In this document: one piece after another, positions 9,758 to 20,518 of the stretch | How positions within the stretch are numbered: the first letter of the stretch is position 1 | How the letters are laid out: each line of letters begins with the position of its first letter | The notes under the pieces: model-generated | What the model was told of the DNA's origin: nothing | Seen by the model: only the letters and a program-made list of their open reading frames with translations | Databases searched by the model: none | Translations under genes and position numbers: made by a program | Source of the DNA: a virus | Taxonomy: Duplodnaviria; Caudoviricetes | Strand: one strand, 5' to 3' | Virus record (IMG/VR): IMGVR_UViG_3300035208_005974 | Coordinates: 60,608-124,607 of that record | Length of the DNA: 64,000 bases

Positions 9758-9823
9758 AGCAGTTATCCTATCTCGAATCTCTTTTCTTTCTCGTGATTTT
9801 TGACCATTTCTAGTTACTTCCTT

Positions 9824-9895
9824 TTCAGCCCTCATCGAAAAGTTAGGAAACAAGGAAAATCTTGTCTCCTGGCTTTCCGGTGTTTTGGGGGCATA
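9824..9895 (-). ncRNA. Hairpin RNA family, copy C
   Basis: After a promoter: GCCCCCAAAA, a long purine/pyrimidine stem with G-U pairs, then GAGGGC. Confidence 0.5.
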
Positions 9896-9917
9896 TTATA
9901 AAACACTATGATCGTAT

Positions 9918-10337
9918 TTAAGCTTTTTGGTTACTTGATATGGTATTCCATCGATCTATCAATTCATTGTAATAGTTGCCAGTGATATTAAAGGTATTTA
10001 TAATTGTCATCAAATCATCAAGGGATTCCACAATGTAATATATTGTTGACCAGCCCCGTTTTTTCATTTCAGCTTGTTCTTTCAATAATAGGTCCATTAT
10101 TGTTTTGCCATTGTTATAATCGTCTGACCATGTAATAGCACCCACTAACCACTCATTTGTTGCATGGTTTTTCATGTTGCCGCGAAACCTGAGTATAACA
10201 CCAAAATCGTGTATCATATAATCTACGAAAATGTTTTTATCACTAGAAACTTTATGTGATATGATTATCTTGGTGTCAATGTCACTTTCGCTAATCGGTG
10301 GAATTCTTTTTGATACATCATAGTCAATAACTTTCAT
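9918..10337 (-). CDS. Paralog family member
   Basis: KRIPPISESDIDTKIII...WSDDYNNGKTIMDLL. Confidence 0.7.
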   Translation of the reverse strand: MKVIDYDVSKRIPPISESDIDTKIIISHKVSSDKNIFVDYMIHDFGVILRFRGNMKNHATNEWLVGAITWSDDYNNGKTIMDLLLKEQAEMKKRGWSTIYYIVESLDDLMTIINTFNITGNYYNELIDRWNTISSNQKA

Positions 10338-10469
10338 GTTAAAAAGTATAAACCCAATTGTACTTATAGTTTTTGGTAATCACACGTATTGAAATTCCTT
10401 AAAGTATAGTAAATCCTATTACATGAAAAACCGTTATCGGTAAACGTCTCGAAAATTCTCTTAACCCTA

Positions 10470-10705
10470 TTGCAAAATTTTCCCAAAACCAATATCCGTA
10501 AATTGTCTAATACGGTAATACGGTAAAAACTTTTTACATACTACTAAAGTTTTAAGCTCTTTATATTTTTTACTATAACTACTATATTACTATATAATCA
10601 ATAACTACTAACTATATTTACTATATTACTACTATATTACTACTATATTACTACTATATTACGTAAGTATAAAGTATAAGTAAGTATAAGTATAAGTATA
10701 AGTAA
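10470..10705. repeat. AT-rich region with tandem TACTATATTAC and AGTATA repeats; inverted homolog of 44511-44720
   Basis: Tandem repeats are directly visible, and blocks such as AAAACCAATATC, TAATACGGTAATA and ACTACTATATTACTATATAATCAATA are shared with the reverse complement of the 44.5-44.7 kb region. Confidence 0.8.
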
Positions 10706-10863
10706 TAGATATTGGTTTTTTAAAAAAACTGTATAAATATATTAATAATTTCTATAAATATAGTAAGTCAATGAAAATCAATGTAAATCAGGCAAAAACT
10801 ATAAATACTATGATTTTAGTATACTTACTATAGTATACTAATAAAATAAGGTGGAATATATAA

Positions 10864-11040
10864 ATGATGACAAAAACAATCAAGTTGAGTGATTCAACAA
10901 AGGATCGATTAGATAATATTAAAAATGGCAGAACATATGACGAAACAATAAGTTATTTGGTCGACTTCATGGAAAGCATAAATAAACAAATATCATTAAG
11001 TAGAGACATATTCGAAGAACCAGTAATAATAACAAAATGA
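10864..11040 (+). CDS. Small ribbon-helix-helix DNA-binding protein
   Basis: MMTKTIKLSDSTKDRLDNIKNGRTYDETISYLV resembles archaeal RHH proteins; AGGTG RBS and a promoter upstream. Confidence 0.65.
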   Translation: MMTKTIKLSDSTKDRLDNIKNGRTYDETISYLVDFMESINKQISLSRDIFEEPVIITK

Positions 11041-11084
11041 TTACAATAACATATTTTTTCAGCCGTAAACTATTTATTCTAGTA

Positions 11085-11099
11085 AGTACTATTAGTACT
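11085..11099. promoter_or_regulatory. Palindromic operator-like site AGTACTA-N-TAGTACT
   Basis: Perfect copies here and at 31513-31527; partial copies at 13223 and 30974. Each lies between a TATA box and an RBS. Confidence 0.55.
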
Positions 11100-11498
11100 T
11101 GGTAAAAAGTGAGGTGATGTAAAATGGAAGAAAATGATGTATTTAGTTTGGAATGCGTTGTCGGCACAATTGTTGGCATAATATTGAATGTGGTCATACT
11201 AGTATTATAAGAAGGTTGCTATGAAACAAACTAGGCTTGTAGAATTCCAAAGACCGAAATTTGGGGCATTGCGAAAGCAAGACCGTGAAGCCATTTACCA
11301 GGCAGTGCGAAATCGATTTGGTCCTAATCATTCAATATCAATGTCCGAACTCGAATATGAATACAAGAGGAAAACATGGCAACCAATTCCGATTCCACAC
11401 TGTTTGGGATATGTTATGTGTTGTTTGTATTGGAAGTAGTATTAATATCAGTTATACTTATAGCTTGTGCGATATTTCATTATTTTATTTGATATTTT

Positions 11499-11894
11499 TT
11501 ATTTTTTATTTTCTTTAAGTTTTTTCCAAAGTTCTAATAATTCAGTTTCTAGCTCGGTATTTGTTATTTGATTTTGTTTTATGAAGGTTTTTAATTCTTT
11601 TTTGGATTCTATTACATAATATGACATTTTATAACCTCGTGGCAATAAAAGCTTATATTGCTTAATAATTACATCTAACATTGTTTTGCCCCAAGCATAA
11701 TCATTGGACCATATTACATCATATCCATTTTTTATATCATGATCTTTTGTTATTATCATTCCATATTGATTTTTTATCATGTAATTCATAATTAATATAT
11801 CATTAATATACATTTTTGATATTATTATTTTGGTTTTTATATCACTTTCTAAAAGAGGCGGAATTTTTGAAACAGGATCTGTAAATACTTTCAT
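11499..11894 (-). CDS. Paralog family member
   Basis: DPVSKIPPLLESDIKTKIII...YYVIESKKEL. Confidence 0.7.
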   Translation of the reverse strand: MKVFTDPVSKIPPLLESDIKTKIIISKMYINDILIMNYMIKNQYGMIITKDHDIKNGYDVIWSNDYAWGKTMLDVIIKQYKLLLPRGYKMSYYVIESKKELKTFIKQNQITNTELETELLELWKKLKENKK

Positions 11895-12313
11895 AGGAGT
11901 GTCTCCTTTTGTATGATTTCTTTGTGGTTTTTATTCCAATAATCTGTTAGTTCTCTTCCAAGTTCTTTGTCGGTTAGTTTCCATTTGGCAATGAAATCTT
12001 CTAGATCTTTCCTGGATTCTATTATTATATAGTAGACTACCATGTTTGCTTCGTGAATGGCTTTGATTTCTTTGATAATTAGGTCTAGTAGTGTTCTGCC
12101 GAAGTTATAAGAATCTCCCCACCACAAGACATAATCAAAATCAGTCATTCGAGATCCTCGAAATGTTATGATGTCGTCGTTGCGTTTATTGGCATAACTT
12201 ATGTTTTTGGTTATGAGGTCTGATGTTATTGATAATATTATTTTATCGTTTACGTCGCTTTCTAGGAATGGTGGAATTTTCTGTAATATGTGGTCGGATG
12301 GAATTAATTTCAT
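11891..12313 (-). CDS. Paralog family member
   Basis: QKIPPFLESDVNDKIIL...YYIIIESRKDL. Confidence 0.7.
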   Translation of the reverse strand: MKLIPSDHILQKIPPFLESDVNDKIILSITSDLITKNISYANKRNDDIITFRGSRMTDFDYVLWWGDSYNFGRTLLDLIIKEIKAIHEANMVVYYIIIESRKDLEDFIAKWKLTDKELGRELTDYWNKNHKEIIQKETLL

Positions 12314-12395
12314 AATAGTTTGTTTAGTGGTTGTTGTATAAATACGTTTTGGTAATAGCTACCAAAACCTTTAAATAGTTTGGCAATAGTATAGT

Positions 12396-12466
12396 ATGTG
12401 CCCAACAAAACAGGCAAGAGAACACAAGACAGCGTTTGCTGTTTTGTTTCTTTTGTTTGAGGCCAG
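12396..12466 (+). ncRNA. Hairpin RNA family, copy A
   Basis: ~22-bp stem CAGGCAAGAGAACACAAGACAGC-GTTT-GCTGTTTTGTTTCTTTTGTTTG directly after the promoter at 12361. Confidence 0.55.
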
Positions 12467-12476
12467 AAAACAGGAG

Positions 12477-12953
12477 ATGACTAGTATGAAATTAGAAGAC
12501 ATTAAACTTGGTATGAAAGTCATTATCACACAGGATCGAACGGGAAACGGCTGGACTCCGTTGCATCCAGATGTAGCGAAGGCATTTATCGGCAAAGTAG
12601 GAAATGTGAGAGGGATGTGGATTCCTTCTGAGAAAGAAGACAGACGGGCTTTTATAATTGATGTAAAAGTAGATGAACTATATGATGCATATGGTACTAT
12701 TTCGTTGCCAATGAGTTCGATTAAACCTGTTATGCCGAATTATTGTAGAATAGATGACACTATATTATTCATGAATGGTAGTCAACAGGAAGTCGGCACT
12801 ATTTTGCAATATGTAGAAAAAGAAAATGGCAACAATAAGGATTGCCACTTGGTCGTTGAAATCAAGAAAGACGATGGTAATATAAAGTATGCCGTGATTT
12901 CAAGTGATTGCGTGATAGGTAAGGCTGATCCCAATAAATCCATTCATTATTAG
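12477..12953 (+). CDS. Hypothetical protein (start reassigned downstream of the hairpin)
   Basis: AGGAG RBS precedes ATG 12477/12486, in frame with the track ORF. Confidence 0.6.
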   Translation: MTSMKLEDIKLGMKVIITQDRTGNGWTPLHPDVAKAFIGKVGNVRGMWIPSEKEDRRAFIIDVKVDELYDAYGTISLPMSSIKPVMPNYCRIDDTILFMNGSQQEVGTILQYVEKENGNNKDCHLVVEIKKDDGNIKYAVISSDCVIGKADPNKSIHY

Positions 12954-12967
12954 AACATGGAGGCACT

Positions 12968-13213
12968 GTGATGTTTGATACAAAAACAAGAATACACAAA
13001 TTGAAGTTAGCCTTACTTAAGGAAGGCGGAGATTATCGATTTGATGCTGGTACTAGGATGTCATGGATTCTACATGAATATTCAGACATAATGGAACCAG
13101 AGCCGGGTATTAGCAAAGAAGATGATCTTAGAAACATGCTAAAGGAATCTGGGTATTATCCAAGGGATATCGAAGAAATTGTAGAGGAAGTGTATGGTGA
13201 CCAAAACTTATAA
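12968..13213 (+). CDS. Hypothetical protein
   Basis: GGAGG RBS upstream. Confidence 0.55.
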   Translation: MMFDTKTRIHKLKLALLKEGGDYRFDAGTRMSWILHEYSDIMEPEPGISKEDDLRNMLKESGYYPRDIEEIVEEVYGDQNL

Positions 13214-13439
13214 ATAGAATCAAGTACTAGTAGTATATAGTAAAAAGTGAGGTGAATTGAAGTGACTACACGAAAACAGGAAATGATACATGCGTTGAAG
13301 ACAGCAATAAAAAACAATGTGGTTTCCTTTAGAAAAGGTGATGACTATGCAATAGTTGGATATAATGAAGAAATCAAGTTTGAAGCAGGTGTGAGAATAA
13401 GAGATTTCATAGAAAAAGGCTGGAATGAGGTGATCTAAG

Positions 13440-13733
13440 TTGGAAACAATGCAACAAAAGATTGAAGAATTAGAAAACCAAATTGCTGTACATAAAAAAC
13501 AGTATCACAGAAATGGATGTTGTTATGGTGGAACAAATGGTTGCTGTGATGCCGAAGAACTTATATCAAACGAACTTCGGCTTCGCGAAATTCTAAGATA
13601 TCCAGATGGAACACCAAACGTTAGTCCAGGAATTTTGGATAACGGCACACCAGGAATTAAATTACCATTAGGTCGTTATCATTATCCAAAAGAGTCTGAC
13701 AAGGATTTTTTGCATAGAATGAAAATAAAATAA
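13440..13733 (+). CDS. Hypothetical protein
   Basis: GAGGTGA RBS upstream. Confidence 0.55.
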   Translation: METMQQKIEELENQIAVHKKQYHRNGCCYGGTNGCCDAEELISNELRLREILRYPDGTPNVSPGILDNGTPGIKLPLGRYHYPKESDKDFLHRMKIK

Positions 13734-13743
13734 AAGTAGTGAG

Positions 13744-14304
13744 GTGACCTATATGATGCCAAAAATTGGGCTATTTCCAGGCGAAGAAACAATCCTGGAT
13801 AGACTAAACAAAGAAGGAAGCTGGAATGATTTATCCTTGTTTATGAAGTGTTTGCGTGCTGGTAATACTCTTATTAGTATTATGTCAACAGATAGCTTTG
13901 CTCGTTGGCAACTTCACCAGCAATGGAATAGGGAAATACATGAATCGTGGGCAAGCAAGAACAACGAGGGCATAGTAATTGGCTTCTTTGATACTGGCGA
14001 AGCGGAAGAAATTTCACTATTTGAAAGATATAATAAGTTTTCGAGTATATACCCAAACGATCAATTGATCATTGGACGCGGATTAGAAATATTATCGCAT
14101 CATATATATGCTCACTGGGATACATCCAAAAGTCAGGAATTTGATGAATGCTTTAGCATGGGTGGTACAGAAAAGTATGATGCCAAAACTCGACTATATA
14201 CAAGAAAGTCAATGTCGGGTAGACATGACTATGTATTGAAGGTTGGACCCGAGCCTCGTAATGAAGTAACCATAGTAGAAGCCGGAGGAAAGACATGGAA
14301 TTAA
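13744..14304 (+). CDS. Hypothetical protein
   Basis: 186-aa ORF with GAGGTGA RBS; the start may be slightly downstream. Confidence 0.6.
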   Translation: MTYMMPKIGLFPGEETILDRLNKEGSWNDLSLFMKCLRAGNTLISIMSTDSFARWQLHQQWNREIHESWASKNNEGIVIGFFDTGEAEEISLFERYNKFSSIYPNDQLIIGRGLEILSHHIYAHWDTSKSQEFDECFSMGGTEKYDAKTRLYTRKSMSGRHDYVLKVGPEPRNEVTIVEAGGKTWN

Positions 14305-14912
14305 GTTTTATTGCAATAAAAAGTGCCATGAATCGGCATTTGGAAAAGATGATAGCGGATACTTCCCATCTTTTCGTGGTAGATGTTTCGAAAGAGGAAA
14401 TGTGGCAGACATATCTGGGTGCGTTTTCAGAGGGCACAAATCCAATCATGAGGACACGGACAGAACATGATTGCAGCTGCTGTAGGCACTTCATGAGGGA
14501 CTTCGGAAATGTGGTCTCGATTAAGAACGGCATCGTAACCACTATCTGGGACTTTCCGACCGATAGAATTGGAAATTATGGACCAGTTGTTGAGGCAATG
14601 ACAAGTCTAATTCGGTCCAAGCCCGTCCGTGACATTTTTGTAACCGATGTCGCAAAAATTGGCACCGACAAGACACCCGAAATGTTTGAGAACGGTGAGG
14701 TATACGCCTGGGAACACTTTTATTATGAGTTACCGGATTGTCTTGTAATGCCTACGAAGCGATCCACAAAAGACACAATCCGCGGAAATGCGCATTCCCT
14801 GAAGGACGTTTTCAAGAGGTCCCTAGAAGAGTTGACACCAGATAGCATTGCAACTGTTCTAGAACTAATCGCATCAAACAGTCTATATAAGGGCGAAGAA
14901 TGGAAGTCATAA
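14295..14912 (+). pseudogene. Probable truncated conserved phage protein (HDCSCC motif)
   Basis: The frame continues plausibly past a single TAA: YKGEEWKS*LEAFLAHKNAYDK. Confidence 0.45.
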
Positions 14913-15059
14913 TTAGAGGCGTTTCTGGCACATAAAAACGCATACGACAAAACTATGAATGACGGCATAAAAAAGAAAATAATATATAAGCAACGGGCAG
15001 TGCTTGGGGAGAAAAAGATGACTAAGCAGATAAGGATTAGGTGGATATTATAAGGAGGT

Positions 15060-15383
15060 ATGAAGATGTTTGTGCATTGTCATAATTGTGGATGGGAACA
15101 GGACGATTTCTATTCAATCAATGGATACAATCCCACCAGCTTCTTGGCAAGTTTGAACGAAGACTTGTGCGGAAATAGATTAGATGATATCGTACACTGT
15201 GGCGAATTCGTCAATGGTATATCGATCCGTTCCGATATAACAAAACGAGAATGGATCGCTCGATATTACGAGCAATTCGCTAGACACATACGAGAAATGA
15301 AGTGGGTCACGGCAGAACGATTTTATGCTGACCCCGATAAGGTATGTCCGAAGTGTGGCTCGGATAAGCTGGATTTGGATTAG
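15060..15383 (+). CDS. Zinc-ribbon protein
   Basis: CHNC at the N-terminus and CPKC at the C-terminus; GGAGG RBS. Confidence 0.65.
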   Translation: MKMFVHCHNCGWEQDDFYSINGYNPTSFLASLNEDLCGNRLDDIVHCGEFVNGISIRSDITKREWIARYYEQFARHIREMKWVTAERFYADPDKVCPKCGSDKLDLD

Positions 15384-15600
15384 AGATTGGGTATTATTAA
15401 TGAAGAATGAGAAATGTCCTGATACGATGTCTATAAAAGTCAATATAGACAAAATGCCGCTACCTGTCATTCTAAAATTTGACGGCAAGTTCACGAAGAT
15501 CAAACATATTAAAGTTTTTCAGCCTCCTTTAGATGGGTGATGGAAAGAAAGAATGACAGAATATTGCTTTCGGAAAACATCGCTACTTTGAGGAAAGAGG

Positions 15601-15966
15601 ATGAATGAAAAAAGAGGAGATGTAATGAGTACGCTGGAATGGTCCAGGAGTGATGATGAGGGATGTGAATTTGTTGGGAGAGAACATGATACCCCGACAG
15701 TCGATAAGGTTAAAAAAATAATTATAAATGCTTTGGAAAACAAAAATTATGATTGGCGCACTATTGATGGAATTGTTCGAGAAACCGCCTTGCCCGTGGA
15801 AGAAGTTCGTGATATGATAAAAAAACTCGCAGAAGATGGTATTGTCGTTCGTGCACCTTATACTGCCAAGAATGGGGCTAATATATACACGACCCGGAAG
15901 CATTATCATGAAACAATTGGCCTATTGGGGAGATTAATATCTGCATTAACCGATCGAATTATATAG
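15601..15966 (+). CDS. Winged-helix-like DNA-binding protein
   Basis: WRTIDGIVRETALPVEEVRDMIKKL...YTT pattern. Confidence 0.55.
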   Translation: MNEKRGDVMSTLEWSRSDDEGCEFVGREHDTPTVDKVKKIIINALENKNYDWRTIDGIVRETALPVEEVRDMIKKLAEDGIVVRAPYTAKNGANIYTTRKHYHETIGLLGRLISALTDRII

Positions 15967-16324
15967 ATGATTTCGTTGTAGACTGTCATTAATATTACCG
16001 TTGCTGCATTCTGTACGATCCCGACCTAATCGTGTGCCCGGTATGTAATGGAAGTGGCAAAGTTGCAAGATCGTCTTCGCTGGATGATCTACTGGTTGAC
16101 GAGGGCACTTATACAGTTACCTTTGGGGAGGCTATACTTCCATCTTCTACCAAGCAGGGAATGAAACCAGCAACCACGGTATCTATTATTCATTGGTACC
16201 GATGAAGGAGGTAAATAATGAATCCTGATAATGAAGAAGACCTAATACATTACAGAGAACGTCTGAACAAGATTTTAGATTCGGATATCTATAGAATTGA
16301 GCTGAACTATCCAGAGGCCTTCAG

Positions 16325-16690
16325 ATGACTCTATCTGAGCTTCTGGCGGATCTGAAAATGGTCGATTATAAGACTTGGAATGACATCGATCTATCATTAT
16401 CATTCTTAATCAACGTAAATAGTCCATCTGGTCATGCCCTAATTCAAAGTTGCATCCAGCGAGCATGCGAAAGCCGAGGATGGACATGGAATATATGTAA
16501 ACAAACACCAGAAGAAGAAAAATCACATTATGCTGAAATATGTGAAATTGGTCCTGGATACGACGGAGATTATTATAACCAATACCATGAATCAGGTATA
16601 ACATGGAAAGAAGCAAATTCCCCAGCAGAGGCATTGCTAGGTGCGTACATAACAGCAGTCAACTACCACGTCCTGAAGGGCGTGGCTTGA
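16325..16690 (+). CDS. Hypothetical protein whose 3' end is interrupted by the IscB element
   Basis: The last 10 codons come from the element; removing the element restores a longer open frame. Confidence 0.6.
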   Translation: MTLSELLADLKMVDYKTWNDIDLSLSFLINVNSPSGHALIQSCIQRACESRGWTWNICKQTPEEEKSHYAEICEIGPGYDGDYYNQYHESGITWKEANSPAEALLGAYITAVNYHVLKGVA

Positions 16691-16905
16691 ACGGCGACGT
16701 TCGACGCAAGAGTTGATTAGGGAGCTTAGGTGAAAATCTATGCAGAAGTTATCAGAGAGACAATTAATTAGCACACCTACAAGTGCTTCACTAGCTTGTA
16801 GCTCTGTGGTTCCGTCTTTAAACAGAGAGGAAACTCTCAGTGAGCGGAGCTTCTCGACCTCTGATAACAATCCCGAAGTGAACAACGCCCACATACAGGC
16901 GGTCT
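16658..16905 (+). ncRNA. omegaRNA (HEARO-like) scaffold of IscB
   Basis: Structured leader upstream of the PLMP domain, starting with the characteristic GTCAACTACC. The 3' limit is approximate. Confidence 0.7.
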
Positions 16906-18136
16906 TAAAGACAAATGTGTATGTATTAGCAGTAGATGGCAAACCATTAATGCCATGTTCAAGAGCGAAAGCTAGAAAGTTATTAAAAAGCAACAAAGCT
17001 ACAATTGTTAAACATAATCCATTCACTATAAAACTAACTTTTGAATGTGAAAACCAAATTCAGTCTATTACATTAGGAGTAGATACTGGATATCAACATA
17101 TAGGATTATCTGCTAAATCAGAAAAGGCAGAGTATTGGTCTTCAGAAGTTGTATTGCGAAACATTTCTCCTTTATTAACAGAAAAGAAAATGTATCGTCG
17201 CGGAAGACGCAATAAACTGTGGTATAGAAAACCAAGATTCTTGAATAGAAAACGTAAAAAAGGATGGTTACCTCCAAGTATTGATTACCGCATAAATTCT
17301 CATATCAAAATCATTGAGAAAGTATGTTCTTTGTTACCAATTACTTCCATTATAGTTGAAGTAGCAAACTTTGACATACAGAAACTCAAGAATCTTGAAA
17401 TAAAAGGGGTAGGTTATCAACAGGGAGATCTATATGGATATGAAAATATAAAATCGTATTTAATCGAACGCGAACACGCCAGATGCCAACTATGCCATGA
17501 AATATCAACACGTACTAATTCATTTAGAGTGCATCATATAATACAAAAAAGTAAAGGTGGCACGGACAAACCTGACAATCTTGCTTTGCTTCACGAAAAA
17601 TGTCATACTAAATTACACAAAGAGAATTTAGGACACCTATTAACCAAGAACAAACAATACAAAGCAGAAACCTTTATGTCAATTATGAGGAATACGCTTG
17701 TAACTGAACTAAGAAATACGCATACGGTAATGGAAACCTTTGGTCATATTACAAAGATGAGAAGAAACACATTAAACATTGAAAAGTCTCATATTAATGA
17801 TGCTTTTGTGATAGCCAAGGGCAGTAACCAAGTCCGTTCTGTGCCTCTGACTATAATTCAGAAACGGCATAACAATAGGTGTCTTCAATTGAACAGGAAG
17901 GGCTTCAAACCTTCAGTTAGACACCAGAGATATCCCTACCAACCCAAAGACGTAGTTATGATTCAAGGTGTCTATTATGATGTTACTGGGACTTTTAACA
18001 AAGGTTCTTGGATACGGGTAACAAAAGCAGGAACAGTGTTCAACTTTTCTACAAAGAAGGTTGAAAGTCATTATGTAACTAACGGTTGGGCAATTCATCC
18101 ACACCCTGAAGGATGTGGTCTTCTTGCCCCACAGGG
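16658..18136 (+). mobile_element. IS200/IS605-family IscB element
   Basis: Begins GTCAACTACCACGTCCTGAAGGGCGTGGCTTG and ends with the related hairpin CCACACCCTGAAGGATGTGG; followed by ATAAA. Confidence 0.85.
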
Positions 18137-18140
18137 ATAA
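16917..18140 (+). CDS. iscB: IscB RNA-guided endonuclease
   Basis: VYVL..DGKPLMP domain, split RuvC (LGVDTG, IIVEVA, SHINDA), RRGRR bridge helix and HNH (HHII..GG..NL...CH). Probable GTG start at 16917. Confidence 0.93.
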   Translation: MYVLAVDGKPLMPCSRAKARKLLKSNKATIVKHNPFTIKLTFECENQIQSITLGVDTGYQHIGLSAKSEKAEYWSSEVVLRNISPLLTEKKMYRRGRRNKLWYRKPRFLNRKRKKGWLPPSIDYRINSHIKIIEKVCSLLPITSIIVEVANFDIQKLKNLEIKGVGYQQGDLYGYENIKSYLIEREHARCQLCHEISTRTNSFRVHHIIQKSKGGTDKPDNLALLHEKCHTKLHKENLGHLLTKNKQYKAETFMSIMRNTLVTELRNTHTVMETFGHITKMRRNTLNIEKSHINDAFVIAKGSNQVRSVPLTIIQKRHNNRCLQLNRKGFKPSVRHQRYPYQPKDVVMIQGVYYDVTGTFNKGSWIRVTKAGTVFNFSTKKVESHYVTNGWAIHPHPEGCGLLAPQG

Positions 18141-18179
18141 AATTAATGAACCAATATACTGAATCCAAAGGAAGTAAAA

Positions 18180-18479
18180 ATGTCTGAAAATACAATTACA
18201 ATCGAAGGCAAAAATGGTATTATGTTAATTGAAGGAATTGACTATATACTAAACATGAAAAAAGGTTCAATAACCATAACAGGAGAAGGATTTTCAAAGT
18301 TTCCAGCCATCATAATGGTTTCATATAAGTCTAAACCATACCATAAAAGAAAAGGGAACCGTCCTCATTGTAAGGGTACCGGAAATATTAACGAAATGAT
18401 AAATATTGACGATACTAATCATATACTTAGTTATTTTCTTCCTGTTGTTATTGAAAATCGGGATAACCAAAAAACTTAA
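18180..18479 (+). CDS. Hypothetical protein
   Basis: 99-aa ORF. Confidence 0.5.
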   Translation: MSENTITIEGKNGIMLIEGIDYILNMKKGSITITGEGFSKFPAIIMVSYKSKPYHKRKGNRPHCKGTGNINEMINIDDTNHILSYFLPVVIENRDNQKT

Positions 18480-18500
18480 ATACTTATATAATGTTTAGTA

Positions 18501-18578
18501 ATGTGCACCCCAAAACCAGACAAGGAAAGAACAGAACAGCCTTTTGGTTGTTTTGTTTTTCTTTGTTTGAAGGGGCAA
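18501..18578 (+). ncRNA. Hairpin RNA family, copy B
   Basis: GCACCCCAAAA, then a ~24-bp stem with a TTTT loop, then AAGGGGC; located after a promoter. Confidence 0.55.
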
Positions 18579-18601
18579 AAATGAAATAATGGGAGGATAG
18601 A

Positions 18602-18937
18602 ATGAGTAAATTGGAATGGCCTAGGGACACGTATTATTTTGGACCAATAATAATACATGTTAATATGATTGAACCATTTATAATAACTGGTGTTTTTATG
18701 GGAATTGATGTCGCTGATATGCACGAAGTTCAATTCGACTCCACAGAACAACGCTCCGAATTTGTGCATATGTTGGATCAATTTCCAGATCAGTATCCAA
18801 AATCAATTATTGACCTAGAAGTTGCAAGAGATCTGGTTTCGGATAAAAAGGCCAGGGATAAAGATTCTAGAGATCGTGAATATCAAATTGGTAAATATAA
18901 AAAAAGTGGTGGATTTTGGGATATGCTAAGATTTTGA
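18602..18937 (+). CDS. Hypothetical protein
   Basis: GGAGG RBS upstream. Confidence 0.6.
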   Translation: MSKLEWPRDTYYFGPIIIHVNMIEPFIITGVFMGIDVADMHEVQFDSTEQRSEFVHMLDQFPDQYPKSIIDLEVARDLVSDKKARDKDSRDREYQIGKYKKSGGFWDMLRF

Positions 18938-18954
18938 TAATATAGAGGCATATA

Positions 18955-20518
18955 ATGTCAAAGTATATTATGAAGTTCATAGTTGGTTCAATACCGTGTG
19001 TATTACTAGTATTGCTTGTGTGGTTATTGAGGGACTATACAATATATATAGTATATGCTTTGGTAATAGGATCAATATTATTGGTTATATACACAATTGG
19101 TACAATTATTGATTGGACATTGGAGATGCGTGATTACTGATGTCGATATTACAATACATTCGGTATTTTGTGATTGGATTAATACCGTTTTCGATAATTA
19201 TAATTATTATTAATGCAATAAGTTATGGCTGTTCAATAGCACCCGACTATATTAATATAATTTTAGGTATAATTGCGTTAGCATATCTGATAGTGTTATT
19301 ATACTTATTGGTTCAATAATAGATACTGGTTATTTACGGAAGTGGTAGTAATGTACAAAGAACCTACTTATAGTAAAGCAATATTTAATATATTTCTTGC
19401 AAGAGTTCTAAAAGAAAGGGAAGCCATGAAAAATATTGCAAATGGAAAATATAGCAAAGTACATAATATGATGATTGTTTATGGGGATAAAAACATTAAA
19501 GAATCTTGGAAACTTGATAGGAAGTAAATAAATGTTAAGATATGCATTATATGATTCAGTATTATTATTCATGACGTCATTTTGGGGATTTGTTTTGATT
19601 TATGCCGGATTTATAAAAATTTATGAGGAATTTGGAACAACAATAGCAATTTGTGGAATAGCGCTAACAGGACTTATTATGTTTGCTTGGTTACGTGAAA
19701 CATATTGAGGTATAACATGAAAACCTACAAAGGCATCTTTTACGCAAAGCACGGCCCAAACAAGATTGTTTTGTTTAAGGCATCTGACTATACAGCTGCC
19801 ATCCATTACATGGAAGACATTAAAAGCGACTTGTTTGGCATAGTGAATAATAGAAAAGTGTATACCGGTCACTGGGAAATTCAAGAACCTACATGCGAAG
19901 ACCTAGTAAAGGACTTTTTGATTGATTTAGTTAATAATTGGCATTCGAATGAAATAGATTTCGACGGTGCTGCGAAAGAATTAATAGAAATTGTGCAAAA
20001 CAATATAAAAAACAATTAGGAATATCATGAAAAGTATTCTTGAATTATTAATGAATAACATAAAAATAGTTGTTAATACGCCGTTTAAAGCAATACTTGC
20101 AATACTATTAATAACGGTATTTATAATTTTCTTAGCATTCATAGAAGCTTATGTACTGACTACTATAAGTGTACTGCTTGGTATAGTATTGGTTCTACCA
20201 CTAGCTTTCATTGGTTGTGTTATTACACGCACTTGGTTTGATCTTATGGTTGAGTGGAACTTATAGGAGATATACATGAAAAATTTATGGGAAGTATTCG
20301 TGTGTAGTATAAAATCAGCTACAAAAGACTTTGTAGAAATATTTGCACTAGTATTATTGATTATATTTGGGTTTTCATTTGTGTGTATAGAAATTTATGT
20401 ATTTTGCACGAATATGCTACTGGGTATTATATTATTTTTCCCACTATTGTTTATAGGTCTTGTGGTTATCAATTTTTGGTTTAACCTCGCAAATGAATGC
20501 AAATTTTATGATGTTTAG
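18955..20518 (+). other. Cluster of small, mostly two-TM membrane proteins (18955..19140, 20027..20266, 20276..20518 and shorter ORFs) plus 19705..20019
   Basis: Strongly hydrophobic short ORFs; 20027 and 20276 are similar to each other. Confidence 0.55.

Noticed and set aside
10560-10705. Possible CRISPR array or Borg-like tandem repeat
   Set aside because: Short low-complexity units with no unique spacers; no cas genes seen.
14910-14912. Stop-codon reassignment or readthrough
   Set aside because: This is a single case; long genes elsewhere translate cleanly with the standard code, so a pseudogene is simpler.
16740-16916. N-terminal extension of IscB in the ORF track
   Set aside because: It overlaps the omegaRNA scaffold; IscB homology begins at VYVL...PLMP.
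16917-18140. Cas9
   Set aside because: Too short, has the PLMP domain, lacks a REC lobe and has no array.
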